Sequence record: DRR723986_2455 | DNA: 64,000 nucleotides | Reading direction: 5' to 3' (one strand) | Part shown: piece by piece, positions 21,992 to 33,305 of the stretch | How the letters are laid out: each line of letters opens with the position of its first letter | Position numbering within the stretch: the first letter of the stretch is position 1 | Notes under the pieces: model-generated | Seen by the model: only the letters and a program-made list of their open reading frames with translations | What the model was told of the DNA's origin: nothing | Databases searched by the model: none | Translations under genes and position numbers: made by a program

Positions 21992-23002
21992 TTAATCGCC
22001 GCTTATGCTGGCAATAATTTGTTGGTAGCTGGCAAAGCGCTGCGCAGTGATGTCACCGCCCTCAACAGCCTCGCGAAGCGCGCAGCCCGGTTCCTGTTGG
22101 TGCTGGCAATCTCGAAAACGGCACAGGCCGATAAACGGCCGGAATTCTTTAAACCCTTGCAGAACCTGCTCTGGTTCAAGGTTCCACAGCGCAAACTCAC
22201 GAATTCCCGGTGAGTCGATCAAGCTGCCGCCGCCGGGAAAGTGGTAAAGCCGCGCGGTTGTAGTGGTGTGGCGCCCCTTGGCTGTGGCCTCTGAGAGTGC
22301 GCCGACTCGGCTGTCAGTGCCGGGTAATAAGGCGTTGACGAGCGAAGATTTGCCGACACCAGACTGGCCGACAAAGGCACTGATATGGCCGTCCAGCAGC
22401 GCTTTTAAGTCGCTGAGGCCGCCTTCACTGGCGCAGGACGCGGTGAGCACGTCGTAGCCGATGTCGCGATAGCGCTGCACCATGTTTAGCAAGCTGGCGT
22501 TGCCCGCCGGGTCGATGAGATCTGACTTATTAAGCAGCAGTACCGGCGTAATATCACTGTGTTCTGCCGCGACAAGGTAGCGATCGATCAGATTGGCGTG
22601 GGCCAGCGGCTCGGGCGCAATTACGATAACAATACGGTCAATATTGGCGGCGACAGGCTTTAAACGATTGAAGTTATCGGGGCGGGACAGTAGTGACCGG
22701 CGAGGTTCGCGAGCAACCACCACGCCAGTGGGCTTGCCCGGCCGCCAGATGACCTGGTCACCAGTGACCAAACCGTCGATATTACTGCGGACGTGACAGC
22801 GCTGCTGTTCGCCGGTTTGTCCTTCAACATCCAGCTGCTGGCCGAAGTGACTGACAACAATGCCGGTTTGTTCGTCACCCAGCTCGCCCTCGCTCAACGC
22901 TGCCTCAGTATCGGCGGCCCTGCGGCGTGCGCGTTCGCTGCGTTCAGATTGAATTTTTTCTATGCGCCATCTCTGCTGGCGGCTTATTCGGCGTTTACTC
23001 AT
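21992..23002 (-). CDS. rsgA: Small-subunit biogenesis GTPase
   Basis: NKSD, GQSGVGKSS, GRHTTT, DSPG, CRFRDCQH zinc motif; start at MSKRR. Confidence 0.96.
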   Translation of the reverse strand: MSKRRISRQQRWRIEKIQSERSERARRRAADTEAALSEGELGDEQTGIVVSHFGQQLDVEGQTGEQQRCHVRSNIDGLVTGDQVIWRPGKPTGVVVAREPRRSLLSRPDNFNRLKPVAANIDRIVIVIAPEPLAHANLIDRYLVAAEHSDITPVLLLNKSDLIDPAGNASLLNMVQRYRDIGYDVLTASCASEGGLSDLKALLDGHISAFVGQSGVGKSSLVNALLPGTDSRVGALSEATAKGRHTTTTARLYHFPGGGSLIDSPGIREFALWNLEPEQVLQGFKEFRPFIGLCRFRDCQHQQEPGCALREAVEGGDITAQRFASYQQIIASISGD

Positions 23003-23103
23003 GCCCGACCCTGCGTGAACAGCGCTCATATTAACGTATGAGCTGTTACAATCCAGCAGATACTGCCCGGTAAGGGAGATTTCTGTTCTGTGGAGGTGAG
23101 GCA

Positions 23104-23649
23104 ATGTCCAAGGCGATGAATTTAATCTGGATTGATCTGGAAATGACCGGTCTGGATACTCAGAACGATCACATTATTGAAATTGCCACAATCGTGACCG
23201 ACCCGGAGCTGAATACGCTGGCCGAAGGACCGGTATTGGCGATCCATCAAAGCGATGAAGTGCTGGCGGGTATGGATGAGTGGAACACGACTCAGCACGG
23301 GCAGTCAGGGCTTATCAAGCGCGTGAAGGAAACCTGCATGACGGTGGCGGAGGCCGAGCGGCTGACGCTGGAGTTCCTCGATAAGCATGTCGATAAGGGC
23401 GCCTCGCCGATGTGTGGCAACAGCATCTGCCAGGACCGGCGCTTTCTGGCGCGTGAAATGCCCAAGCTGGAGGCGTATTTCCACTACCGCAATCTCGATG
23501 TCAGTACGCTCAAAGAGTTGGCGCGGCGCTGGCGCCCCGAGCTGATGAGTGGCCTGAGCAAAAAAGCCAGCCACTTGGCGCTGGATGATATTCGCGACTC
23601 AATTGCCGAGCTGAAATATTACCGGGAGCACTTTCTTCGTCTTCAGTAA
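23104..23649 (+). CDS. orn: Oligoribonuclease
   Basis: [30 protein letters not shown]. Confidence 0.97.
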   Translation: MSKAMNLIWIDLEMTGLDTQNDHIIEIATIVTDPELNTLAEGPVLAIHQSDEVLAGMDEWNTTQHGQSGLIKRVKETCMTVAEAERLTLEFLDKHVDKGASPMCGNSICQDRRFLAREMPKLEAYFHYRNLDVSTLKELARRWRPELMSGLSKKASHLALDDIRDSIAELKYYREHFLRLQ

Positions 23650-23853
23650 TTGCTGGAATATCCCAGCTTCTCAATACTATTTCGAAGCTTTTCGAACCCG
23701 TTTAAGTAAAACCACGTATTAAATAATGTATGTCAGTCGCGTTGACTGGCAACAGAACCAAGCATCGTTGAAAAGCTCTGCTATGTTGCTATTAGTGCAG
23801 CGAATTGTCGGGCGCAACAGTGTTGGTGAAAACAATAATACGTGGGGACCACA

Positions 23854-25698
23854 ATGAAAAAACTCCTTCCTTTAAGCATAGCGGCTGCGCTGGCGTTGCC
23901 GGTGCATGCTGACGTCAGCTACAGCAATTTATATATCTTTGGCGACAGCCTGTTAGATAGCGGCAACCTCGGGTTGCGATTTACCAACCGCGTGGGCGAT
24001 GGCAATGGCGACTTCACCGTCGGAGACTATGCGCGTATTGCGCCGCAATATCTGGGCGAAGCCTTAACGCTGCTCAGTGCGCCGGCCGCTGCGGGTGGCA
24101 CAAACTGGGCGGTCGGCGGCTATGAAACCGCAGATATACTCAACTCAATTAACGGCACGGGTCTGGCGCTACCGGCCGGCGGTGCGGTTGCACGTCAGGC
24201 TTTTCTCAATGAGACCCCGCGTATCGACCCCGATGCACTGGTGCTAATTGATGGCGGTGGTAACGACTTTTTAAACGGCACGGCCACTGATCAGGCGTCT
24301 ATTATTAATTCAGCGCGCACGCTGCTTGCGGCTGCACAAGCGCTGAGTGACGCCGGGGCGAACTATATCCTGTTTGCTAACTTGCCAGACCTCGGTCAGA
24401 CGGCGGCATTGCAGGCGCAGGATCTCGGTGCGCCGGGCAGTGCGGCGGCCGCCTCGGCAGGTGCTGCCGGCTATAACAGTGCGCTGGAGGCATTTTCTGC
24501 TTTTGGCAGCGCGAACCTCGTTCCCGTCGATCTGGCGGGATTGATCAGCTACGTTTCCGATAATGCCGAGGCCTTTGGCTTCGTCAGCGGCACCAACCCC
24601 GCGTTTGGGCCGCTTGCTGGCTTCGATCAGCGCTATATGTGCTTTGACGATTCGGGCAATGATTGTGTTGAGCACCCGATATTCGGCATTGATGGCAGCA
24701 ACCCCAACCCGGATGTGCTGATCTTCAATGACGGTGTGCACCCCACGGCGCAGATGGGGGCAATTACGGGTGACTACCTCATTAGCGTAGTGAATGGCCC
24801 GCAAGATGTTGGCCTTATTCCGGAACTCGGTTTGGACATTGTGCGCAGTCAGCGCGGTGCAACAACAGAATTGCGACGCCAGCAACAGGCCTCTCCGGGC
24901 GAATCACGGTGGACGATCAGCGGTGTTGGCCTGGACGCAGAGCGCGTTGCTGAAAATGATAGCCGCAGCTTGAATATCGGTTTTAGCAGCCCCTTGAGTG
25001 AGCAGCTCGACTCTGCGGTGGTGCTCAGTTTTGGCGATCACGAGTCAGAATCCGCGCGCACGGATTTTTCGGCGATGAGTGTTGGGCTTAGCGGCCTGTT
25101 GAGCTATCGCGATGGCGGTTGGTTGTTGCAAGGTGCCGCGGGCTTGAGCGTGGTGGATTACGACAGCCTCGACCGGGACGTCAAGCTGGGGCCGCAGACC
25201 TTAACGGCCAAAGGTGGCACGAATGGTTTCGGCTGGCATCTCGATGGCCTGCTTAGCTACGAAGTTCTTGGCGACAGTAGTATCTCACTGCGGCCCGCTG
25301 TTGGCTGGCGTTGGATGAAAGCTGAAGTTGATAGCTATCGTGAATCGGGTGCGGCGGTGGCCAATACCGAGTGGGGTGAGCAGCGCCGCGACAGCCAGGT
25401 ATTCCGAGCCGGGCTGTTGGCAGGGGTGGCACTGGGCGACGGTGTGCGCGGCTTTGCCGAAGTGTTTGCAGCGACGGAAATGGAAGATCATGACGAGACG
25501 GTAACCGGGCGCAATCGCAATCTCGGTTTCGGTGATTATCAAATGCCGTCGTATCGTGAGGATGGCGAAGATTACGTCGAGGCCAGTGTCGGCATCAGCG
25601 CGGCACTGGGTAGCTCCCGTATTGCGGCCAGTGTTGAGTACAGTGACGAGGCAGAAGGTCGGGAAGCACTGATCTTCAGTTTCTCGCGCCCGCTATAA
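23854..25698 (+). CDS. GDSL esterase autotransporter (EstA-like)
   Basis: Signal peptide; FGDSLLDSG, GGND, DGVHP blocks; C-terminal barrel strands. Confidence 0.85.
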   Translation: MKKLLPLSIAAALALPVHADVSYSNLYIFGDSLLDSGNLGLRFTNRVGDGNGDFTVGDYARIAPQYLGEALTLLSAPAAAGGTNWAVGGYETADILNSINGTGLALPAGGAVARQAFLNETPRIDPDALVLIDGGGNDFLNGTATDQASIINSARTLLAAAQALSDAGANYILFANLPDLGQTAALQAQDLGAPGSAAAASAGAAGYNSALEAFSAFGSANLVPVDLAGLISYVSDNAEAFGFVSGTNPAFGPLAGFDQRYMCFDDSGNDCVEHPIFGIDGSNPNPDVLIFNDGVHPTAQMGAITGDYLISVVNGPQDVGLIPELGLDIVRSQRGATTELRRQQQASPGESRWTISGVGLDAERVAENDSRSLNIGFSSPLSEQLDSAVVLSFGDHESESARTDFSAMSVGLSGLLSYRDGGWLLQGAAGLSVVDYDSLDRDVKLGPQTLTAKGGTNGFGWHLDGLLSYEVLGDSSISLRPAVGWRWMKAEVDSYRESGAAVANTEWGEQRRDSQVFRAGLLAGVALGDGVRGFAEVFAATEMEDHDETVTGRNRNLGFGDYQMPSYREDGEDYVEASVGISAALGSSRIAASVEYSDEAEGREALIFSFSRPL

Positions 25699-25700
25699 AC

Positions 25701-26780
25701 TCAGTGTGAGTGGGCCAGGGTGTCGGTGTGTTGTTGCCGCGCCAGGGCCCAGTCGATATGTTCAGCGGCCATGGGTTCTGCCTGTGGCCGCTGTTTTTTT
25801 AGGCCGGCAACAATGTCAGGGTTGAACGGTGCATTGCCAAGGCCGACAGCGAGGTTGCGCAGCCAGCGTTGGTAGCCGATGCGCCGTATCGGCGAGCCCG
25901 CTGTGCGGCTCAGAAATTCCTCTTCGGTCCAAAGAAACAGGTCGAGCAGCTCGCGGTCATCTAATTGATGGCGAGGGGCGAAGTCCGGCTCGCTGGTTGG
26001 CTGGGAAAATTTATTCCACGGGCATACCAATTGGCAGTCGTCGCAGCCGAAGACGCGGTTGCCCATCGCGGGTCGCAAGTCCTCTGGAATGGCGCCCTTT
26101 AGCTCGATAGTTAAGTAGGAAATACAGCGTCTGGCATCGACTTGATAAGGGGCGACGATGGCCTGTGTTGGGCAGTCGTCCAAGCAAGCTTGGCAGCTGC
26201 CGCAGTGGCCGCTTTCCTGCGGCGGATCGATGGGAAGGGCGAGATCTGTGTAGATTTCTCCCAGAAAGAACCACGAACCTGCCCGCGAATTAATAAGCAT
26301 TGTGTTCTTGCCGATCCACCCCAGGCCGGCCTGCTCAGCGAAGCCGCGTTCCAACACCGGCGCACTATCGACGAAGGCCCGCTGTTGCTGGCCTCCTAAG
26401 CGGTCAGCGAGCTGTGCCAGTCGTTTTCGGATCAGCTTGTGATAGTCGCGGCCCAGCGCGTAGCGAGAAATATAGGCCTTGTCAGCTTGCTTGAGTATTT
26501 GCAGTGCATCGCTGGCCTCCGGCCGGTAATCCATGCGTGCACTGATGACGCGCAGCGTGCCGGGGAGCAGGGATTCAGGGGCGCGGCGTAGGGACTCCCG
26601 CTCTGCCATGTAGTGCATCTCTCCGTGAAAGCCCTTTGCAAGCCACTGCGTCAGCCGTTCAGCGTGGTGTGAAGGCTCCGCCGGGCCAATGCCGATGTGG
26701 GCAAACCCCAGCTCCTTCCCCCACTGTTTTAGCTGTGTGGCGAGGTCGGCCAGGGCCTCTGGGCTGAGTACTTTGCTCAT
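25701..26780 (-). CDS. queG: Epoxyqueuosine reductase
   Basis: SRYALGRDYH, CGSCQACLDDCP, GCDDCQLVCPWN. Confidence 0.96.
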   Translation of the reverse strand: MSKVLSPEALADLATQLKQWGKELGFAHIGIGPAEPSHHAERLTQWLAKGFHGEMHYMAERESLRRAPESLLPGTLRVISARMDYRPEASDALQILKQADKAYISRYALGRDYHKLIRKRLAQLADRLGGQQQRAFVDSAPVLERGFAEQAGLGWIGKNTMLINSRAGSWFFLGEIYTDLALPIDPPQESGHCGSCQACLDDCPTQAIVAPYQVDARRCISYLTIELKGAIPEDLRPAMGNRVFGCDDCQLVCPWNKFSQPTSEPDFAPRHQLDDRELLDLFLWTEEEFLSRTAGSPIRRIGYQRWLRNLAVGLGNAPFNPDIVAGLKKQRPQAEPMAAEHIDWALARQQHTDTLAHSH

Positions 26781-26844
26781 GGGCTGCCTGCAAAATGGAT
26801 GCGCGCTATCATGGAAGGATATTCTACACGCCTGGGAGCGGGAA

Positions 26845-28359
26845 ATGGATCGATCAATGCGTGCGGCGGCTGGGTCTTTGGCTCTGTACACAGCGGAGCA
26901 GGTGCAGGAGTTTGATCGAAAAGCGATCGCTGCCGGTACGCCGGGCTTTGAATTGATGCACCGAGCCGGGGCGGCAGCATTCGCCTGTTTGCAGCAGCGC
27001 TGGCCTCAGCATAGTCCTATCGATATTTTTTGCGGTGGCGGTAATAACGGTGGCGATGGCTATATCGTGGCCGCGTTGGCGGCCCAGTCGGGGATGGCGG
27101 TGCGCTGCTGGGCCTTCAGCGAAACCTCGCGGGGAGACGCCAATATTGCGAGGGAGTTGGCCTGCGACGCCGGGGTGAATGTACAGCTGTGGGACGGGCA
27201 GTCGCCGGCATCCGGTGCGGTGGTTGTGGACGCCTTGCTCGGTACTGGATTTTCAGGGCCGCTGCGGGGGCAGTACCGACACGCAATCGAGGTGATTAAT
27301 ACCGCTGGCTGCCCCGTGCTGGCAATCGACGTGCCCTCGGGCCTGAATTGCGATACCGGGATGCACGAAGGTTTAGCGATTAAGGCGTCGCTAACGCTGA
27401 GTTTTATCGCCTGGAAGCAGGGCTTGTTTACCGGGCTGGCCAGTCAGCATTGCGGCGAGTTGCGTCTCGATGGACTCGGCATTGAGACGCGTATATTTGA
27501 GCATACTGAGCCGTCAGCCTGGCGCACAGATGTGGATGCCGAGTTGCGCCAGTGGGAGCCACGCCCTGTTGCCGCGCACAAGGGGATGTATGGCCACGTC
27601 TTGGTTGCGGGTGGCGACTACGGCACAGCCGGGGCTGTGGTATTGGCCGCCTCGGCGGCGGCGCGCTGCGGCGCGGGGCTGGTCTCTTGTGTAACGCGAC
27701 CAGAGCACGTGGCGCCGCTGTTGTCGCGGCGCCCAGAGGTCATGGCATACCCGGGGGCGGATGCACAGGCATGGGCGGAGGTATTGGGGCGAGCTTCGGT
27801 GCTCGCTGTTGGGCCCGGCCTCGGGCAGCAGGTGTGGGGCAAGACCTTGCTCGATGATTGCCTGCAAGCGCAGGCCCCCTTATTGCTTGATGCCGATGCA
27901 CTCAATATTCTCGCTGCTGATGCTACCCGCTTCGACGAGCAATGCGCCCAGCAGCCAGATAGAATTCGCGTCATGACGCCTCACCCAGGAGAGGCGGCGC
28001 GCCTGTTGAAATGCGCTGTTGCTGAGGTGCAAGCAGACCGGTTTAGCAGTTGCAAAGCCCTGGCCAAGCGCTATCGGGCGGCGGTGTTGTTGAAGGGGGC
28101 GGGCACGGTTATTAGCGACGGCGTGACCTGCTGGGTGAATGAAGGGGGAAATCCCGGAATGGCCAGCGGTGGAATGGGGGATGTGTTGAGCGGTATGATC
28201 GCGGCCCTGCTCGCCCAGCACCTCGACGCCGTTACTGCTTGCCGACTTGCGGCGGCGTTGCATTGCCGCGCTGCCGATCGAGCGGCACAACACGGTGAGC
28301 GAGGCTTACTGGCGATGGACTTAGTAGCGCAATTACGCGGAGTGATGAATGGACATTGA
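26845..28359 (+). CDS. nnr: Bifunctional NAD(P)H-hydrate epimerase/dehydratase
   Basis: GNNGGDG, DVPSG, TPHPGEAARL, GGMGDVL. Confidence 0.93.
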   Translation: MDRSMRAAAGSLALYTAEQVQEFDRKAIAAGTPGFELMHRAGAAAFACLQQRWPQHSPIDIFCGGGNNGGDGYIVAALAAQSGMAVRCWAFSETSRGDANIARELACDAGVNVQLWDGQSPASGAVVVDALLGTGFSGPLRGQYRHAIEVINTAGCPVLAIDVPSGLNCDTGMHEGLAIKASLTLSFIAWKQGLFTGLASQHCGELRLDGLGIETRIFEHTEPSAWRTDVDAELRQWEPRPVAAHKGMYGHVLVAGGDYGTAGAVVLAASAAARCGAGLVSCVTRPEHVAPLLSRRPEVMAYPGADAQAWAEVLGRASVLAVGPGLGQQVWGKTLLDDCLQAQAPLLLDADALNILAADATRFDEQCAQQPDRIRVMTPHPGEAARLLKCAVAEVQADRFSSCKALAKRYRAAVLLKGAGTVISDGVTCWVNEGGNPGMASGGMGDVLSGMIAALLAQHLDAVTACRLAAALHCRAADRAAQHGERGLLAMDLVAQLRGVMNGH

Positions 28360-28810
28360 AATTCAGCTGGCAAACGAAGCTGAAACCGTTGCCGCGGGTG
28401 AGCGTTTGGGTCGCTGTCTGGAAATGGCAACGGTGGTTTATCTCGACGGCGATCTCGGTGCGGGTAAAACCACCTTTTGCCGGGGTGTCCTACATGCCTA
28501 TGGACACACCGGGGCCGTGAAGAGCCCAACATATACACTGGTTGAGCCCTATGAGCTTGCCACTGTCACGGTTTATCACTTTGATTTATACCGTTTAGGC
28601 GACCCGGAAGAGCTCGAGTATATGGGGCTTCGAGACTATTTTTCCGACGACAGCATCGCGTTAATTGAGTGGCCGGAGCGCGGCGCCGGTGTTTTGCCAA
28701 GCCCGGATATACAGGTTAACATCAAACAACAGGGAGTCGGTCGCCGCCTTGTTGTGCAAGCTCTCAGTGAGCGTGGCCGTCGCATCGTTACGCAGATAAA
28801 AGCGCTATGA
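28349..28810 (+). CDS. tsaE: t6A37 biosynthesis ATPase
   Basis: GDLGAGKTT, KSPTYTLVE, HFDLYRL, IEWPE. Confidence 0.97.
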   Translation: MDIEIQLANEAETVAAGERLGRCLEMATVVYLDGDLGAGKTTFCRGVLHAYGHTGAVKSPTYTLVEPYELATVTVYHFDLYRLGDPEELEYMGLRDYFSDDSIALIEWPERGAGVLPSPDIQVNIKQQGVGRRLVVQALSERGRRIVTQIKAL

Positions 28811-30132
28811 AACCCATCCATATTGTTGTTCTGTTCTGGACTATGCTGGTCGCCACGCTGAGCAGTGCAGCAGAGGTGCGCGACGTTCGCTTTTGGCGGG
28901 CGCCGGACCATAGTCGAGTGGTCTTCGATCTGTCTGCTCCCGTTAGTCATGAAGTCATTACCCTCGATAAGCCCGACCGGCTGGTTGTTGACCTATCTAA
29001 AGCGCGGTTCAATGTGGGCGGCGCCATTCCTGAATTCGAAAACAGCCCCATCGTGCGCTTGCGTCACGCAGAGAAGCCGGACGGCAAGCTGCGGGTAGTG
29101 TTCGATCTGAGTAAAAGTGTGCAGGTCCGCAGTTTTCTGCTGCCCGCCAGCGCCGGTCAAAGTGACCGCTTGGTTGTCGATTTTCTCGACCAGCAACGCG
29201 GCACTGAGCCCACGGTAGTCAAAAGTGTTGAGCAAAGCTCCCAGCGCGATGTGGTCATTGCCATTGATGCCGGGCACGGCGGCGAAGACCCGGGCGCCAT
29301 TGGGCCAGGTAGGCTGCAGGAAAAAGATGTGGTTTTCCGCATCGCCAAGAAGCTTGAAGCCAAGTTTAAAAGCAAGCGCGGTTATCGCGTCGTGATGATT
29401 CGCGACGGCGACTACTATGTGGGCTTGGCGAAGCGGCGGCAGCTTGCGCGCAAGGCGCAGGCGGATTTCTTTGTATCGATTCACGCCGATGCGTTCACCC
29501 ATTCTAGCGCCAATGGCAGTTCGGTGTATGCCCTGTCCAAGCGCGGGGCTACCAGTGCGTCGGCGCGAATTCTCGCCAAGCGCGAGAACCAGGCTGACTT
29601 GGTGGGTGGTGTCAGTTTGTCTGACAAAGATCATGTGCTGGCCGGTGTGCTGACCGACTTGTCGATGACTGCGACCCTTGATGCGAGCCTGAGTGTTGGC
29701 GCGCAACTATTGGGCGAAATGGGCAAAATTTCCCGGCTGCATAGCAAGCGCGTTGAACAGGCGGGTTTCGCGGTGTTGAAGTCCCCCGATATTCCGTCCT
29801 TGCTCGTTGAAACCGGGTTTATTTCCAACCCCGGTGAGGCCCGCAAGCTCAAGACCAGCCGCTACCAGAATCAAATGGCGCAAGCGATATTCGAAGGTAT
29901 CGACCGCTATTTTCGCGAGAGCCCGCCGCCCGATACTTACTTTGCTGCGGTGAAGCGTGGCGATGCCGCCAAGCCTAAAGGGGCGAGAGAATACGTGATT
30001 GCCAGCGGCGACACACTGTCGGCCATTGGCGCGCGTCACAACATCAGCGTTGCTGACCTCCAGCGTCACAACGGTTTATCCGGCAGCAGTATTCGCGTCG
30101 GTCAAAAAATCCAAATACCAGCGACAAAATGA
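28807..30132 (+). CDS. amiB: N-acetylmuramoyl-L-alanine amidase (AMIN, amidase_3, LysM)
   Basis: [25 protein letters not shown]; LysM tail; operon position. Confidence 0.92.
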   Translation: MKPIHIVVLFWTMLVATLSSAAEVRDVRFWRAPDHSRVVFDLSAPVSHEVITLDKPDRLVVDLSKARFNVGGAIPEFENSPIVRLRHAEKPDGKLRVVFDLSKSVQVRSFLLPASAGQSDRLVVDFLDQQRGTEPTVVKSVEQSSQRDVVIAIDAGHGGEDPGAIGPGRLQEKDVVFRIAKKLEAKFKSKRGYRVVMIRDGDYYVGLAKRRQLARKAQADFFVSIHADAFTHSSANGSSVYALSKRGATSASARILAKRENQADLVGGVSLSDKDHVLAGVLTDLSMTATLDASLSVGAQLLGEMGKISRLHSKRVEQAGFAVLKSPDIPSLLVETGFISNPGEARKLKTSRYQNQMAQAIFEGIDRYFRESPPPDTYFAAVKRGDAAKPKGAREYVIASGDTLSAIGARHNISVADLQRHNGLSGSSIRVGQKIQIPATK

Positions 30133-31964
30133 CCCATATCAGATTGCTCGACCCTCGCCTGGCAAACCAAATTGCCGCTGGCGAGGTGGTAGAACGCCCA
30201 GCCTCTGTTGTAAAAGAATTGGTGGAAAACAGCCTCGACGCTGGTGCGCGCCGTATCGACCTTGAGGTTGAAGATGGCGGCGTTAAGCTTATCCGCGTTC
30301 GCGATGACGGTAGCGGCATCGCGAAAGACGATCTGCCGTTGGCGCTCAGTCGCCACGCCACAAGTAAAATAGCGGAATTAAGCGACCTGGAATCTGTGGC
30401 GAGCTTGGGATTTCGCGGCGAGGCCTTGGCGAGTATCAGCTCGGTGTCGCGGCTATGCCTTAGCAGTGCCACCGAAGATGCAGAGAGCGCCTGGGCGGCG
30501 CGATCGGAAGGGCGTGATATGAGCGCGGTGCTTGAGCCAGTGGCCCACCCGCGCGGTACCACCGTTGAAGTGCGCGACTTATTTTTCAACACGCCCGCAC
30601 GGCGTAAATTCCTGCGCACCGAAAAGACGGAGTTCGGGCACCTGGATGAGGTGATGAAGCGGCAGGCGCTGGGGCGCTTTGACGTGGGCTTTTCACTGCG
30701 CCACAACGGCAGGGCCGTGCACAGTTTAAAGCCAGCTGCCAGTCAGCTGGAACAAGAACGCCGTTTGGCGGCAGTCTGTGGCCCGGCGTTTATGGAAAAT
30801 GCGCTGTTCATCGACCGCTCTGCGATCGGTTTGCGCCTGTGGGGCTGGGTCGCCTTGCCGGGATTTTCGCGCAGTCAGGCGGACTTGCAACACTTCTACG
30901 TAAACGGTCGCTATATTCGCGATCGTCTGGTCGCCCACGCGGTGCGTCAGGCCTATCGCGACGTGTTGTTTCACGGTCGCCACCCTGCTTTTGTGCTCTA
31001 CCTCGAGCTCGATCCCGCGTTGGTCGATGTCAACGTGCACCCCACCAAGCACGAAGTGCGCTTTCGCGACGGGCGCAGTGTTCACGACTTTATTTTCCGC
31101 ACCTTACATAAAACCCTTGCCGATGTGCGCCCGGATACCGTGGCACAAAATGCCGCGCTGCCTGGCAATACAGCCGAACCCCTGCGGGATATGCCCCAAC
31201 AGCAGTCGGCGATGCCCTTGCGCGAAGCGGAGGGTGGTGCGCCGTCAACCGCGCCGACCCCGCCAATGCACAGCGGCGGCTATCAAAGCCAAAATGCCTT
31301 CGCGCCGGGCAGGGTTGCTGATCAGGTGCCGGCCTACCAGCGCTTGCAAGAGCCGATGGGAGAGAACCCGGATGCGGAAATTCCGCCCCTGGGCTACGCT
31401 TTGGCTCAGTTAAAAGGGGTGTATATCCTGGCCGAAAATGCCGAGGGCATGGTATTGGTGGACATGCATGCAGCGCATGAGCGCATTACCTACGAGCGCA
31501 TGAAAGCAGCCCGAGAGGGCGAGGGTCTGCGTAGTCAGCCACTGTTGGTGCCGCAGAGCCTGGCGGTCAGTGAGCGCGAGGCCGACTGCGCAGAACAGCA
31601 CGCGGCGGTTTTCTCCGAGCTTGGTTTGTCGGTGGAACGGGCGTCGACAGAGTCCCTGGTGGTCAGGGAGTTGCCGGTTATGCTGGCAAACAGTCAGGTG
31701 GAACAGCTGGTGAGAGATGTGATTGCGGACCTGTTGGAATATGGCAGCTCTGACCGCATTGCCGCCCATATCAATGAGATCCTCTCCACGATGGCCTGTC
31801 ACGGCTCGGTGCGCGCAAATCGCCGCCTGACTATCCCGGAAATGAACGCTCTGCTTCGCGACATGGAAGCCACCGAGCGCAGTGGCCAGTGTAACCATGG
31901 GCGTCCCACTTGGGTGCAAGTGGGGTTGGCTGAACTCGATAAGTGGTTTCTGCGTGGCCGTTGA
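30129..31964 (+). CDS. mutL: DNA mismatch repair endonuclease MutL
   Basis: [21 protein letters not shown]. Confidence 0.98.
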   Translation: MTHIRLLDPRLANQIAAGEVVERPASVVKELVENSLDAGARRIDLEVEDGGVKLIRVRDDGSGIAKDDLPLALSRHATSKIAELSDLESVASLGFRGEALASISSVSRLCLSSATEDAESAWAARSEGRDMSAVLEPVAHPRGTTVEVRDLFFNTPARRKFLRTEKTEFGHLDEVMKRQALGRFDVGFSLRHNGRAVHSLKPAASQLEQERRLAAVCGPAFMENALFIDRSAIGLRLWGWVALPGFSRSQADLQHFYVNGRYIRDRLVAHAVRQAYRDVLFHGRHPAFVLYLELDPALVDVNVHPTKHEVRFRDGRSVHDFIFRTLHKTLADVRPDTVAQNAALPGNTAEPLRDMPQQQSAMPLREAEGGAPSTAPTPPMHSGGYQSQNAFAPGRVADQVPAYQRLQEPMGENPDAEIPPLGYALAQLKGVYILAENAEGMVLVDMHAAHERITYERMKAAREGEGLRSQPLLVPQSLAVSEREADCAEQHAAVFSELGLSVERASTESLVVRELPVMLANSQVEQLVRDVIADLLEYGSSDRIAAHINEILSTMACHGSVRANRRLTIPEMNALLRDMEATERSGQCNHGRPTWVQVGLAELDKWFLRGR

Positions 31965-32904
31965 TCAGTTACCGCCGGCCCTTTGTTTGATGGGGCCGAC
32001 CGCCTCCGGCAAAACCGATCTTGCAATGGCGCTGTGCGACGAGTTGCCCTGTGAGTTGATCAGTGTGGACTCGGCATTGGTTTATCGCGGCTTGGACATT
32101 GGCAGCGCTAAGCCTAGTGCTGATGAGTTGGCCCGATACCCCCATGCCCTCGTTGATATCTGCGAGCCCAGTCACGCCTATTCGGCGGCGGAGTTTCGTC
32201 GCGATGCGTTGCGCGAAATGCAGCGAATACAGGATAGCGGGCGCATCCCCCTGCTGGTTGGGGGAACCATGTTGTACTTCAAGGCCTTGCTCGAAGGGCT
32301 CGCCGATATGCCCGCTGCTGACGCTGCAGTGCGTGCCGAGATAGCGCTGATGGCCGAAGAGGGAGGCTGGCCGGCTGTGCACGCCGAATTGGCGAGAATC
32401 GACCCGGAAAGCGCGGCCCTTATTCACCCCAATCACAGTCAGCGCCTAAGTCGAGCTCTGGAGGTGTATCGCGTCAGCGGGGTCACGATGACTGAGTGGC
32501 GCGCGCGCCAGCAGGCGGTCGCCCTGCCCTGGCATTGTCATCAGTTTGCCATCGCACCGTCCGATCGGCTCGAGCTGCACCGCCGTATAGAGCTGAGGTT
32601 GCAGCACATGTTCGAGCGCGGTTTTGTCGATGAGGTGCGGGCCTTAATGGCGCGTGGTGACCTGACAGATGACTTGCCAGCTATGCGCGCGGTGGGTTAT
32701 CGGCAGGTTTGGCAGTACCTGCGAGGTGATTTCGACCTTGATACGGCCTTTGAAAAAGCGTTGATCGCGACGCGGCAGTTGGCAAAACGTCAAATGACCT
32801 GGTTGCGCGCGTGGCCGGAGCTGTGTTGGCTCGACACAAATGCGAGCACAGACCAGCAATTAAAAACGGTTATAAGGGTGCTCGGCAATGCTATAAGCGA
32901 TTGA
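31954..32904 (+). CDS. miaA: tRNA dimethylallyltransferase
   Basis: [24 protein letters not shown]; start uncertain (GTG 31954). Confidence 0.95.
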   Translation: MAVDQLPPALCLMGPTASGKTDLAMALCDELPCELISVDSALVYRGLDIGSAKPSADELARYPHALVDICEPSHAYSAAEFRRDALREMQRIQDSGRIPLLVGGTMLYFKALLEGLADMPAADAAVRAEIALMAEEGGWPAVHAELARIDPESAALIHPNHSQRLSRALEVYRVSGVTMTEWRARQQAVALPWHCHQFAIAPSDRLELHRRIELRLQHMFERGFVDEVRALMARGDLTDDLPAMRAVGYRQVWQYLRGDFDLDTAFEKALIATRQLAKRQMTWLRAWPELCWLDTNASTDQQLKTVIRVLGNAISD

Positions 32905-33023
32905 CTTGCGTTATACTGCCAACTAATTACTTTGATGCGCGAACTTGTTCTATCCTAAGTAGTCAACAACTTGCATCTTTTCTCGATTTTTTTGGCCCAC
33001 GTTGGGCGACAAGGAGGCTTACC

Positions 33024-33278
33024 ATGTCAAAAGGGCATAGCTTACAAGACCCTTATCTGAATATTCTTCGCAAGGAACGGATTCCCGTATCCATTTACCT
33101 CGTAAATGGTATTAAGCTGCAGGGACAGATTGAGTCCTTCGATCAGTTTGTTGTCTTGCTGAAGAATACGGTAAGCCAGATGGTCTACAAGCACGCGATT
33201 TCCACCGTTGTGCCCTCTCGTGTTGTTCGCCTGCCGATGGCTCATCCGCCAGAAGACGACGAGCAAGAAAGCGAATAA
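33024..33278 (+). CDS. hfq: RNA chaperone Hfq
   Basis: aaggagg [17 protein letters not shown]. Confidence 0.99.
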   Translation: MSKGHSLQDPYLNILRKERIPVSIYLVNGIKLQGQIESFDQFVVLLKNTVSQMVYKHAISTVVPSRVVRLPMAHPPEDDEQESE

Positions 33279-33305
33279 TTCGCGCGGTATTATTGAGGTT
33301 CATTC

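Noticed and set aside
32811-33023. Extended 155-aa Hfq
   Set aside because: Canonical MSKG start with aaggagg RBS at 33024; the extension overlaps miaA
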